DNA of 64,000 nucleotides from a virus. Under the pieces are notes generated by a model. It ran no database searches, was not told the DNA's origin, and worked only from the letters and a program-made list of their open reading frames with translations. This document shows, one piece after another, positions 19,203 to 29,593 of this stretch. Positions within the stretch are counted from its first letter, which is position 1. Every line of letters begins with the position of its first letter. Both the position numbers and the translations under genes were made by a program. Location: IMG/VR virus record IMGVR_UViG_3300045988_174698; one strand, written 5' to 3'.

Positions 19203-20081
19203 TTATAATGACATAAATTGGTTATAGTTATCCTTGTATCCTATAGAAGTATTCACAAGAAGCTCGCCATGCATGCTTCTACCAGGCATTGGCACCATAA
19301 AGTCATTTCCATATATGTTAGTTAAAACACTTAAATATACTTCTGGAGCAGGAAACATTCCTCACTCAAATTTAAGGTAAACCTTATTGTTATAGTCTCT
19401 AGCGTTTCTAAGACTTTGTATCTTATTTGGAAATGTAAGATTACCAAATGACTCTGTGGAGAGTACATTATATCGTTGTCGTAGCTCTTGATATTTTTCT
19501 CTAAGATATAAAAGTCTAGATGTGTTTTCCTTAGAAGAATCATAACATTGTATTCTTGTTTTTACAGCCAGTGCTTCTAGTTTAATTAAGTGAAGCTGGT
19601 GCATAAACTTTTGTCTCTCAACTAGATCATCTGGAACATTATCAAAAGGACATATATCTATAAAGATCCCTTGGTTAAAGGTAAAATGACCTTCTAAATC
19701 CTTTTTGTGAATACATGTTGTGTCACTTCTTCTTAACTTCGTACAGCAATAAAAGGTACTGTCTGTTCAGTCATTTTGAACAAAATATGGATAATTCAAC
19801 TCTTTAACTGCACACTCTAAAAATCTATCATAGTCTGTTCTAGGCATAGCAATATCAATATCATCGTCCCATGGAATAAATCCACCATGTCTGACAGCAC
19901 CAAGTAATGTTCCTCCATCTAAATAGTGCTTCAAATGATATTTATCACAGATATTTTTAAACTGTCATAGCAAATCTAGCTCAACTCCTCAAAGTTCTTT
20001 TCTTTCTTTAGACACCAAGAATCCATTTTTTACTTCTGCTTCAAAAAAGTTATCTGGTAATTTAATATTTAAGTTTACCAT
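19203..20081 (-). CDS. LicD-family phosphotransferase (phosphocholine / phosphopolyol transferase), four in-frame TGA
   Basis: ATG 20081, TAA 19203, 292 aa. [28 protein letters not shown] is the LicD signature. Start overlaps the upstream cytidylyltransferase gene by 20 nt. Confidence 0.65.
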
Positions 20082-20742
20082 TAAATAAAAATTTAGCCAA
20101 CTCTAAATCATCAGGACTTGTAATTTTAAAATTCATAAGTTCTCCCGAGATATATAAGCATTTATTTCCATTATGCTCATATAAGTCAGGTAAAGTCTGA
20201 TAATTATCTATATTTTTAATCTTTGTAATTATATTATAAAGGCTTCTAAGCATAAAAGTTTCAGGAGTCTGTAAGATAGCAATTGGCTCCGTTCTTACTC
20301 CAGGAACATGTAACGAACTAAGATCTTTTAAAGTGCTAACTGTTGGAATGTATGGAACAACAGCCGAATTATTAGAATCACAAGAAGACAAACATCTTGT
20401 AATTAAATTTGAAGTGAAAAAAGGTCTAACAGAATCATGAAACATAATTTTTTCAATAGAAGGATAGTAAGTCATTATGTATTCAAGACCAGCAATTCTA
20501 GATCTTAAGCATGAGTACCCTCCTTCTATAATTTTGATATAAGAAAATGGAAAAAGCTTTCGAAGAATAGGAATATATTCAGGTAGAGTAACTATAACAA
20601 TTATGTTAAACAGTCTTAACCTAACAAACTTTTCAACAGTCAAATATACTATAGGATGTCCATTAATATCTATAAACTGCTTAGGAATATTCATTCCTAC
20701 CCTAGTTCCTTTTCCAGCAGCATTAATAACTAAGGCATTCAT
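20062..20742 (-). CDS. nucleotidyltransferase of the IspD/TarI family (CDP-alcohol-forming cytidylyltransferase)
   Basis: 226-aa ORF. N-terminal INAAGKGTRVGMNIPKQFIDINGHPIVYLTVEKF matches AAGxGxRxG...PKQ(Y/F)..L.G.P(I/L) of IspD/TarI. Confidence 0.6.
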   Translation of the reverse strand: MNALVINAAGKGTRVGMNIPKQFIDINGHPIVYLTVEKFVRLRLFNIIVIVTLPEYIPILRKLFPFSYIKIIEGGYSCLRSRIAGLEYIMTYYPSIEKIMFHDSVRPFFTSNLITRCLSSCDSNNSAVVPYIPTVSTLKDLSSLHVPGVRTEPIAILQTPETFMLRSLYNIITKIKNIDNYQTLPDLYEHNGNKCLYISGELMNFKITSPDDLELAKFLFNGKLKY

Positions 20743-20946
20743 ACACTTAATCTTATACTCTTTTTCTTTTAATACTAGTTAATACACTAAAATAAAGATT
20801 CATTTCTATTCCTAAAGTAAAGGATAGTACATAGTACTATTACCACAAACCAGATAAAAAGAAATAGTAATATTAGACAGTTAATTAGTACTGTTGCCAT
20901 AGTATTATTTATTATATGTGAGAAATATTTATTTAATTTTAATAGT

Positions 20947-21019
20947 TGCTCGTTAAAGATTCGAACTTTAACTTTCACGTTCAAAGCGTGACGTGCACAA
21001 ACCAAGTACACCAACGAGC
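20947..21019 (-). tRNA. tRNA-Gln (anticodon TTG)
   Basis: Acceptor GCTCGTT/AACGAGC, anticodon arm TCACG-CTTTGAA-CGTGA, T arm TAAAG-TTCGAAT-CTTTA. Track ORF 20787..21038 overlapping it is spurious. Confidence 0.6.
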
Positions 21020-21148
21020 AGAAGCAAATCCGCAGCAAGAATCCACCACAAATATAAAGATAAAAGTCAATATAACCAAATATTTGTACACTTATTTCTA
21101 TAATTTGTACAAATTTTTGAGATTACTATTCAGTATAATAACTAACAC

Positions 21149-21508
21149 TTACTTTTGCTTCTCTTTTAAATAAGTATAGATAATAATGATCATTAAAGTG
21201 ATAACAATCATCACGAAGAAATATGTTAATACTGTAACAAAGAAGTTTATCCCTAATATGTTATTAACAAAGTGTAATAAATAGCACACTAGAACACAAT
21301 ACAACAAAATTCTATGATAAATACAAAATTTGAATGTAAGAGATAAAACAATGAGACCTATTAGTACTACCATAACTGTTACCAAATCTACACAACTAAT
21401 AATTACTGTAGAAATTGTATAGTAACGTAGTAGTATTTTAAATAATATGTTTAGTGCTAGTAAGAAAGGTGCAAAACGAATGAATATTAAACTAAGTTTC
21501 TTTAACAT
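21149..21508 (-). CDS. multi-pass membrane protein
   Basis: 119-aa very hydrophobic ORF. Confidence 0.4.
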   Translation of the reverse strand: MLKKLSLIFIRFAPFLLALNILFKILLRYYTISTVIISCVDLVTVMVVLIGLIVLSLTFKFCIYHRILLYCVLVCYLLHFVNNILGINFFVTVLTYFFVMIVITLMIIIIYTYLKEKQK

Positions 21509-21626
21509 TCTATAAAATAAAATATCAAATTAATAATTAATATAATAATCACCCAGCTAATTATTGTTAATAATCTCGATAAACACCCTAATCTAGTAAG
21601 AATATCATGTGATGTAAGTTTCATTA

Positions 21627-21887
21627 TTAAAATTCAGGTTCAAACATACTAGACGCCCATGACCAATAGCCACCATCTTCTTCTATAGAATACAAATAGC
21701 CATCATCAGGAAGTCTACCGTCTTGCATTTTATGCCAATATTTAGCTTTACTAATAGTGCATACTCTTCCTCCATATTCTGTAAGCATATTTTCTGCAAA
21801 CCAGTACGAATAATCGAGATCCTTACATCCTGGATCATACTTTTCCTTTATTAAAACATTATCTCCAATTTTGTATAATGATTCCAT
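21627..21887 (-). CDS. hypothetical protein
   Basis: 86-aa ORF. Confidence 0.4.
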   Translation of the reverse strand: MESLYKIGDNVLIKEKYDPGCKDLDYSYWFAENMLTEYGGRVCTISKAKYWHKMQDGRLPDDGYLYSIEEDGGYWSWASSMFEPEF

Positions 21888-21907
21888 AAGTTAAAAAGAT
21901 TTTTGTG

Positions 21908-21950
21908 TGGCTGATGAGAATTGAACTCATGTCCATTCAACTATTAATAA
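21908..21950 (-). pseudogene. orphan tRNA 3' fragment (T arm plus acceptor 3' strand)
   Basis: Minus-strand ATGAG-TTCAATT-CTCAT-CAGCCAC-A. No complementary 5' acceptor (GTGGYTG) within 700 nt upstream. Confidence 0.35.
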
Positions 21951-22643
21951 TAATTTTATTTACATGCTAGGTTATTTTATTCTCCTATTCCGAAAAATAA
22001 CAAAACGTATCAGATAGTTTTTATCTTATCTCCTACAACTTATCTGAAATAACTCGGTTCTATAATAGTAGTTAGTAATGATTAACTTACATCATCTGCA
22101 TTAATCTATACAGAAAATCTTTGTCTATTATTTCTCCAGACTTGGATAGCTTAAGCTGCAAAAGCTACTTGAGCACGCATAGGAGTTGCAAGAGGCATAA
22201 CCTTGTTAGCCATCTTACGTACAGTGTTCTTAGCGTTTATTTTTTGGTCCAGTTGTTAAAGAAGTTATACCAGCTCCTGCATGAATTGTTATCAACTATC
22301 TTGAATGTCAAAAACCTGGCAGGCCCAAAGACAGGGCAGTTTATACTTATACCCTAGAAGTGGTCCATAATAGCTAAAGTGTTTAATGCTCTAATTATAT
22401 AGCAGCGACTAGTATACTGTTATACTTTTCTTGTAACTTCAAGAACTATTACTAAAACTTCAATGTGAAGTTCCTAAAAGCCACTTGAGTATTTTTTGGG
22501 TTCACTCAAGAATACCGTGTTTTATTGTCGGGATCAAACAACCAAACTACCACCTTTCTATATACAAAGGCAAACTCATACTATCTGGCGTAACCCGTTA
22601 CTATTATTTATATACCGCTAAGTAACCTAATGCGGTTTACTTT

Positions 22644-23234
22644 TTATCCTTTAAAGTATAATAATGTTGGATTATTCTTATGCACATCAATATTCGGATA
22701 TCGTTTTGCAAAAGTTGACATATCAAAAGGAGTTGTAATTAAATGAAAACCATTTTTAGTAGGAATCAAAGCCTTAAACTTTGAACCAATAGGTTGACAT
22801 TCTCGTTCAATAAACAGTAAGATATTATTTACCGCACGATTATCTGTAGGTCCATCAATATCAACAACCCATGTTTTATCGTCTTTATTACATGTTGATC
22901 CACAAGCATGATCATAACAACGATAAACTTCTTCCATCTGATCATATCGTATTCGTTCAGCAAGATTCTCTAAACAAACTAACGCTACATCTTTATAGCT
23001 TCGCTTGTTTAAATGAATATAAGCACGTGCTTTAAATATAGAACACATTTGCTTAATTTCCTTTTTCTTGCCTTCGAAATATTCAAGAGAACGTATACAA
23101 TAGGAACGAACTAAACGGTTATTTACTCCTATATCGGGATTATCCTTTGATCTTTGTATAATCTGAAGATAATAAAAATCATCTTTAGATTCAAATTTCA
23201 AAAGACTTTTAATTAAGTCAAAATTATCTACCAT
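22644..23234 (-). CDS. hypothetical protein
   Basis: 196-aa ORF. Confidence 0.5.
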   Translation of the reverse strand: MVDNFDLIKSLLKFESKDDFYYLQIIQRSKDNPDIGVNNRLVRSYCIRSLEYFEGKKKEIKQMCSIFKARAYIHLNKRSYKDVALVCLENLAERIRYDQMEEVYRCYDHACGSTCNKDDKTWVVDIDGPTDNRAVNNILLFIERECQPIGSKFKALIPTKNGFHLITTPFDMSTFAKRYPNIDVHKNNPTLLYFKG

Positions 23235-23313
23235 TTTCTTTAATAAGTAAATTTAATTTGCATATACAAAATATTTTTATTATATTTGATTTAATTATTA
23301 AATCAAATAAATC

Positions 23314-23691
23314 ATGAATATATTAATAAAAACATGTACGGTTTGTAAAGAATCAAAAGCCTTAGATGAGTTTCCAAAGCATCCACAGCATAAAGATGGA
23401 TACAATAGTGTTTGTAAAAAATGTATGCAAAAAAGCAATAAAAAATGTAGATCAAATAAAAAGATTCATTTTATAAAGAAAATAGGAGGAGAATGTACAA
23501 ATTGTAAAATAAAATTGACTGAAAATAATTGACCAATATTTGATTTTCATCATATAGATCCTTCCCAAAAAGAAGTTTCTTGATCAACATTAAGAAATTG
23601 AAGTAATGATAAAATTGAAAAAGAATTAAACAAATGCACTTTACTATGTGCTAATTGTCATAGACTTTTACACGCAAAGACTAAAGATTAA
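23314..23691 (+). CDS. free-standing HNH endonuclease, TGA-recoded, opposite orientation to neighbours
   Basis: Track ORF 23314..23532 ends at TGA. Read-through (3 TGA) to TAA at 23689..23691 gives FDFHHIDPSQKEVSW...NKCTLLCANCHRLLH (HNH H-N-H with zinc-binding Cys pairs CTVC and CKKC). Confidence 0.6.
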
Positions 23692-23710
23692 CTTTAGTCT
23701 TTTATTTTTA
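23677..23710 (+). terminator. rho-independent terminator
   Basis: GACTAAAG-ATTAA-CTTTAGTC hairpin followed by TTTTATTTTT, directly after the HNH stop. Confidence 0.5.
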
Positions 23711-23896
23711 TCTATTACTATTATTCTAGTCAATAAAAAATAGAGCCTACACCTCCGATCAAGGAGATGTAGGCAATGTTTATCGTCTTTTAAGAGCTTC
23801 ATAATTTTTATATGGGCCCCTCCTCTTAGTAAAGGTTTTTCCTTTACCGTGTTAGAGGAAACTATAGTGTTCTACTATAGAGACTACACCTTTGAT

Positions 23897-24076
23897 TTAG
23901 CAGGTAGGCTTTTCTGCTTTGTAATTAGGTAAGTATAGAGCATTATGCCTTACTCTACGGTAAACAGTTCTATACGAAAGTTCTCCTGTCTTTTTATCAA
24001 AAACAGGGTTGCCTTCTTCATCTACTTTAACTTCTTTAAAGGGCATTGTAATAGCCTTCATTTTAGGATGTGCCAT
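23897..24076 (-). CDS. hypothetical small protein
   Basis: 59 aa, ATG 24076, TAA 23897; immediately downstream of the SPFH gene. Below track cutoff. Confidence 0.25.
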   Translation of the reverse strand: MAHPKMKAITMPFKEVKVDEEGNPVFDKKTGELSYRTVYRRVRHNALYLPNYKAEKPTC

Positions 24077-24085
24077 CTGTGTTAT

Positions 24086-25279
24086 TTAATTATTTTTACC
24101 TTGTTTTTTAGCAATATCAAGGAGCATATTCAGTCCTACAGCATCCATAGGATTAGCAGATGCTCCTTCTTTACCTCCAATAATCATTACTTCAGGAACC
24201 CAACGAACATTTGAGTTTGCTAATGCCTGAGCTACACCAATTGTGGTTTCTTTATCAATTGTTGCTCTTTGCAATGGGTCCAATCCAGCAAGTACTTTAG
24301 CTCGTGCTGCTGCAGCTTCTGCCATGCCCTGAGCTTCAATACGTTTTGCATCTTCCTTTGCCTTTAAAGCAGAAAGACGAGCTACTTCATATTCCTGTTC
24401 AGCCTTAGTAACCTCTACAGCCTTAATTTTCTCCTGTTCCCACTTAGCCTTCATAGCAAGTGCCTTACCCTCCTCTTCAGCACGAATTGCCTCTTGAGCA
24501 GCAGCAGCTGACTTCGCACGACTAGTTTGAATAAGCATATTTGCTTCCTGTTGCTGAGCAATCTGCCTATTTACTTTATCAGAATATGCAATCTTTGATA
24601 CAGCTACCTGACCAATCTCTAGTCCATAATAAGCAAATGGGGAGGATTCACTACGCTTGTAACCTCCTGCTGCTAATGAGTCAGGAATTAGTGTAGCTAC
24701 ATTAATAACTTTCTTTTCTCCAGTAATTGCATCAAGTACTTCGCTACGCTTGATTGCAGTTTTGTAGACACCATTATTTAACTGATCAGTAATATATTCA
24801 ATCAAGTCATTCTTCTTCTCTGCATACGATTCAAAAGCAGACATCAGAGGACCTGAAGCATAAATTACCTTAGTAACAGTCGGACGAACAAGATCATTCA
24901 TTAGACGATCCATACCATTATAATCAGTCTGAATACGAGCGAGGTATTTAGGGTCAGTAGGAAGTTTTACACGAAGTGATCCATAAATCATACCATCTGA
25001 AGCATCATTGAAGATTACAGGAATAGGTTTTCCCTGCTGATCGCCAGCCTCAGAGTCAGATCCGAACCACAACTGTTGAGTTTTATAGTAAGTAGTGGTT
25101 TTGCCCCACCACTGCCAGTGAAAACCAGGACTAGTCCAGTATTCCATGTTACCAGTAAACGGATACTGATTGACTACAATCGTCTCATTCTTTACATCTT
25201 CCCCGATTTTACCCAGAGAAACAACACAGAAAATAGCAAATACTACTACAAGAGCAGCAACAATTTTTTTGAAATTCAT
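24086..25279 (-). CDS. SPFH / band-7 (flotillin or HflK/C-like) membrane protein
   Basis: 397-aa ORF with N-terminal TM helix and C-terminal Ala/Glu-rich coiled region (KAKWEQEKIKAVE...AQGMAEAAAARAKVLAG) typical of SPFH proteins. Confidence 0.55.
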   Translation of the reverse strand: MNFKKIVAALVVVFAIFCVVSLGKIGEDVKNETIVVNQYPFTGNMEYWTSPGFHWQWWGKTTTYYKTQQLWFGSDSEAGDQQGKPIPVIFNDASDGMIYGSLRVKLPTDPKYLARIQTDYNGMDRLMNDLVRPTVTKVIYASGPLMSAFESYAEKKNDLIEYITDQLNNGVYKTAIKRSEVLDAITGEKKVINVATLIPDSLAAGGYKRSESSPFAYYGLEIGQVAVSKIAYSDKVNRQIAQQQEANMLIQTSRAKSAAAAQEAIRAEEEGKALAMKAKWEQEKIKAVEVTKAEQEYEVARLSALKAKEDAKRIEAQGMAEAAAARAKVLAGLDPLQRATIDKETTIGVAQALANSNVRWVPEVMIIGGKEGASANPMDAVGLNMLLDIAKKQGKNN

Positions 25280-25457
25280 CTTTAGATTTTTAAATTACAC
25301 AATTACCTTTTAAAAAAATAATAAAATGGAATTATTACCTTCCATGTAATTTTACGATTAGTAATTTTACATGTATCTAATAACTGAAGAGTCATTAGAG
25401 TATAGTAAAGAATAAAGGAAATACTAACTAATAGTATAACAAAACGATAAAACCACA

Positions 25458-25739
25458 TTACTTTAAATTACTTTTAATGTTATCTCTTGTATCACAGTAG
25501 ATTTTAATTTCTTGGGGGAAAACATGAATGATAGTAGTATCTTTCATTTCCTTAAATGTAGAATTAATAATCCTCTCTAGGGAGTCTATCTGTAAAACTA
25601 GAGATTTTATATTCTCTTGGTTCTGTCTAAAAAAGGTTTCACTGCGTGTATTATCTATACAAAAAAATGCAAAACTTATTAGGAAAGAAGTTCCAAGAAG
25701 AAGTAAGACAACTCCAATTTTTATAGATTTATCTGTCAT
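25458..25739 (-). CDS. hypothetical membrane-anchored protein
   Basis: 93-aa ORF, N-terminal hydrophobic helix. Confidence 0.4.
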   Translation of the reverse strand: MTDKSIKIGVVLLLLGTSFLISFAFFCIDNTRSETFFRQNQENIKSLVLQIDSLERIINSTFKEMKDTTIIHVFPQEIKIYCDTRDNIKSNLK

Positions 25740-25965
25740 AACTAAGAATTAGCATATTAACTATTTAAGTTAAGATAAGGATTAGATTTTTATTACAAAA
25801 ATATATACCAGCTGTGTAACACAATTTTTGCCTGATTGGTACTAGCATTTACCATACACTTCCTTAACCAATATCAGAAACTATATGTACAGGTATATAA
25901 ACAATAAATAGCTTCTGTAAGTGTACAACCTATTGCACAGATACTTTCACTATCTTATTATTGTG

Positions 25966-26040
25966 ATTGGATAGGATTCAAACCTAATGTTTCCCTATTG
26001 TACAACAAGGCGAGTTTCATCACATTCTCCTCTCAATCAA
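25966..26040 (-). other. degenerate tRNA-like element (Asn-tRNA 3'-end-like GGTTTGAATCCTATCC)
   Basis: T-arm/acceptor-like segment shares 15/16 nt with the 3' end of tRNA-Asn at 18196..18268, but no acceptable full cloverleaf. Confidence 0.25.
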
Positions 26041-26391
26041 CCCCCAATCTTATTGAAAACAATAAGACGCCCTTGTCTTGTCTGGGAGACTTTCATAAGG
26101 GTACTTTTTAAATAAAAAGAGGTAATCCCATAAGTATTATTCTACCTCCGCCTCATCTATAAAATCATAGATTATCAGCAGCCTCTGCCAAGGCATCCCT
26201 GTTTTTCTATGAACTGGCAGATTCATAAATTATCAGGATAAACAGATTATTAAATTTCTTTAATATTTCCGTTTTTATATTTCTTCTGAGTAGCAATCTT
26301 TATTATTCCATCCTCGTTTACTAGTTTCTCTTTTCATTCTTAGCTATAACTTTATTAGTATATTACTAATATAATGCAGAAAGTAGTGTCA

Positions 26392-26685
26392 TTACTTCTC
26401 TAATCCAAATTCATTAATAAAATCAATATTCCTCTTACATAAACTTTTTACAGTAGCAACTTTATGAGTTACATTTCCCGCGGTAACCTCAGAAGCTATC
26501 TCTGCAATATGCGTAAGATTATTGTATGCCATGATCTCACCATATTGTTTCTTTATTTTATCTGTATAATTAAATGCTAATGCTTTAATTAGAGCAACAT
26601 TATGAGAGTAATTTTCAGTAGTTACTCTATCACATTTATTATTTATACGTGTAAACCATAATATAACATCCTCTTTTGTTATCAT
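26392..26685 (-). CDS. hypothetical protein
   Basis: 97-aa ORF. Confidence 0.4.
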   Translation of the reverse strand: MITKEDVILWFTRINNKCDRVTTENYSHNVALIKALAFNYTDKIKKQYGEIMAYNNLTHIAEIASEVTAGNVTHKVATVKSLCKRNIDFINEFGLEK

Positions 26686-26711
26686 AGTGTTATGTGCTTA
26701 TTGTTAGGTTT

Positions 26712-26969
26712 CTAAGAATGAATTTGTTTCCCTTTATATATAGACCAGCCTTTATCTTCTGCTATTCTAACACAACGAGACTCCATTTGGCTATGTATTG
26801 TTTGAATGTTTTGATTTAAGGAGTACGTTATAGTATCTTCTTTACCATTAATAAGAATTTTGCCATTTTCATAGTCAAAAAGAATCTTATCTTTAAAGAT
26901 TTCTATAACTAACAAATAAAGGGTTTCCGCATAGCAAGTTGTATAAATAGGATGAATAGCAAAGTACAT
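26712..26969 (-). CDS. hypothetical protein
   Basis: 85-aa ORF. Confidence 0.35.
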   Translation of the reverse strand: MYFAIHPIYTTCYAETLYLLVIEIFKDKILFDYENGKILINGKEDTITYSLNQNIQTIHSQMESRCVRIAEDKGWSIYKGKQIHS

Positions 26970-27883
26970 ATTGGGTTTGAATCTAATTATAAAAAAATAC
27001 TCCTCTGTAACGCATGCCCTTGCAGGAGTATCAATTCACTATAATAATACTGGCTCCCTATAATAGTTTCTGAACTCAAGACTACAGAATCTCAAAAGTA
27101 AAGTTATTCAATCAGAAACTTCTTGTTGTACCTATCGTATCTAACACATTCACAAATCTGGGGATATTGTTTATGCTGACTAAATACTCCTGGCCTGGAC
27201 TCAAGTTTTTCTACTCCTTCCCTCTAAACTTATAACGAGTGAACTCCCTTAGTAGACAAAGGACTCATTGACAGTTTAACTACTACTATCAACCTGCAGT
27301 TTAACTCCCCGAATTTACGGAGTAATCCATGCAACTGTACATAGAACTTGCTCTTTTGTTACACAACACAAGTTATTGTGAAAGATTTACGACTTCCTTA
27401 AACGATTTACCTTAGAACATTGCAGAACTTATTCCTTTAACATATGATTATTTCTACTAATACGCATAATAATCTAGAATAAAAACCTCTGTTAAAGTTA
27501 AGATACACTAGGTTAATATTATCCTCTAATCCCCGCTATTAGAGTATTCTTTTTTTAGTTTAACTCCCCTTCTACTATTGGGGTTTATCTACAATGCTTA
27601 AGTTTATATTAGAATTCTTTTTATCTGCGTTTGAATTCTGTAATATCCTCTTCATCATAGCCAATTAAGGCTTCAAGAGGAACATCATCAACCATCTCGT
27701 CAATAATAGATGTATCTTCAATTTCCATACCCCCCCCTCTTTAAGTTTATAGGCTACTATAAATAGTATAGTTGAGACTAAGATAATTAATATAAAAAAT
27801 GATACTTTTTTAGTTTTGCTTGAGGTAAGTATCTAGATGAAACGTTATAATCTAATCAGTCATTTCCTACTCATCTATTTTTA

Positions 27884-28282
27884 TTATATTCCTAAAGGTT
27901 TATCCTTTAGCAAGTTTAATGCTGTTTGTAAACCATCTTCTAAACAAGCAGAATAGTGTCTCTGCCGTACTTTACCAGGTCCAGAATATTCCTCAAGTGT
28001 AACTCCCAAGTTTAATTTTGTGATTGTCCAAAAATAGGATAGTGTTTGATCTAAGTGAACTAGTACAACTGTTCCACACTCGTTTCTGAGCCAGTATTGT
28101 AATTCTGTTTGATAGAGAGCTGGGATTAAATTGTCATACAGTTCACAGGTTCTTTTTGAATAATGATAACTAATATTGTTCTCTGAACTTAAACTGTATT
28201 GTGACATATAATACTGTTGCTGACAGGTAGGATATCCTTTTCTAACAGCTATTTTAACAGTTTCAAAACTAATTCTTTTCAT
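27884..28282 (-). CDS. hypothetical protein
   Basis: 132-aa ORF. Confidence 0.45.
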   Translation of the reverse strand: MKRISFETVKIAVRKGYPTCQQQYYMSQYSLSSENNISYHYSKRTCELYDNLIPALYQTELQYWLRNECGTVVLVHLDQTLSYFWTITKLNLGVTLEEYSGPGKVRQRHYSACLEDGLQTALNLLKDKPLGI

Positions 28283-28291
28283 AAAAGTGAT

Positions 28292-28549
28292 TCAATGAGC
28301 AGAAAGATAAATTACAGAGTCATCAGATAGAATTACTTTAGCTTTCGTATTCCTAGGTACATCCCACTTTTGAAGTTTTCTAACTAATGCTTTTAGAGAT
28401 CCACACTTTCCTCTATAACAAGAGGAATATTCTGGATAATTAGGACATTCCTTAAACGGTACCCATGAGTCAATACTACTAACATACCAAAGGGACTTAC
28501 CAGAGTAACTTAAATAAATTAAAATATTATGAGGTTTAGGAAAATACAT
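28292..28549 (-). CDS. hypothetical protein
   Basis: 85-aa ORF. Confidence 0.4.
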   Translation of the reverse strand: MYFPKPHNILIYLSYSGKSLWYVSSIDSWVPFKECPNYPEYSSCYRGKCGSLKALVRKLQKWDVPRNTKAKVILSDDSVIYLSAH

Positions 28550-28560
28550 ACATTTAATTA

Positions 28561-28809
28561 TTATTTATAGTAAATCCATTTATATGTTGTATCTTGCTCT
28601 ACAATTGTATACTCTTTTTTTATTTTTCCTTGTTCATACTTATTCATTATATAATTAACAGTAAAGTCCCCGACTAGACAATTAATAGATAAAAGAACTA
28701 TTATTATAGAGAGTAAAACTCTTGATCCTAAAAGTACAAGATTGTCATCATCATAACTTATTACGTTGATTAAAAATAATGATGTAACAATGAGTATAAC
28801 AGATAACAT
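28561..28809 (-). CDS. small membrane protein
   Basis: 82-aa ORF with two hydrophobic helices. Confidence 0.4.
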   Translation of the reverse strand: MLSVILIVTSLFLINVISYDDDNLVLLGSRVLLSIIIVLLSINCLVGDFTVNYIMNKYEQGKIKKEYTIVEQDTTYKWIYYK

Positions 28810-28819
28810 AGTTTATCGA

Positions 28820-29116
28820 TTAGTTGCTGACAGTGTTTAAATACTTAATAAAAGTCTTATTCTTGATATTGTTTAAAAACCCACTGAAGTTTTTATTAAA
28901 AGATATACTATCATAAGTAAACTCAGATTCCCATACATCTGGATAACTAAGTTTAGTAATATACTTACGTTTTATCTCGTCTGAGAACCATGATTTATAT
29001 TCTTTTCGAAAGATGTATACAAATATACTAATATCTTTACCAAAAATAGGATCACAATAAGTATATTCTTTATGATATACTATCTTATCACTAATAGTTT
29101 TAGGAAATATATTCAT
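28820..29116 (-). CDS. hypothetical protein
   Basis: 98-aa ORF. Confidence 0.4.
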   Translation of the reverse strand: MNIFPKTISDKIVYHKEYTYCDPIFGKDISIFVYIFRKEYKSWFSDEIKRKYITKLSYPDVWESEFTYDSISFNKNFSGFLNNIKNKTFIKYLNTVSN

Positions 29117-29593
29117 AGAAGATAGATTAAAAATTCTAGGATTTGGGCGTTAAGCAGTCCATATGCTCGGTTACATGACCACACTTTCAACTTCCGTATG
29201 TTTCAGCTATTAAGTTAGTTCCCCTCATTTAAAGATATACGAGCCTAATCGAATATCTTCCTAGAATAAATAGAAACTTTCTTGTAAATGAAAGCTGTAA
29301 TGGGCTGAGATAGTGACCCTTACTCAGTCTGCGTTCATAATAGATTCTGAGATCATGGCAATACATTAAGTGCTCGCTCCCTACAAATTCTATTTAATCA
29401 CACGAATAAAAACTCGTAGCAGACATAGAATAATTATATTCTATTAACTTTTGAAACTTTAAATTAAAATGAAGGTTACTTCATTCTCTTAAGGTTTCAG
29501 GTAAATAATACTAAGCTGTAGCTGTGCTGCTTGTTAACAGTATCCTTCCTCTACTATTAGTTTAACAGAATTAACAATCCTATATCACTAAGC

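Noticed and set aside
21908-22260. tmRNA, because a small ORF ending ...AQVAFAA lies about 240 nt upstream of the orphan tRNA 3' fragment
   Set aside because: No complementary 5' acceptor strand or G3-U70 pair could be found, so it was kept only as an orphan tRNA fragment.
23700-23900. Third group I intron (TATAGAGACTACA R-like motif and long hairpins after the plus-strand HNH gene)
   Set aside because: A TAGTC partner exists only in the wrong 5'-to-3' order on both strands, and no flanking split gene was found.
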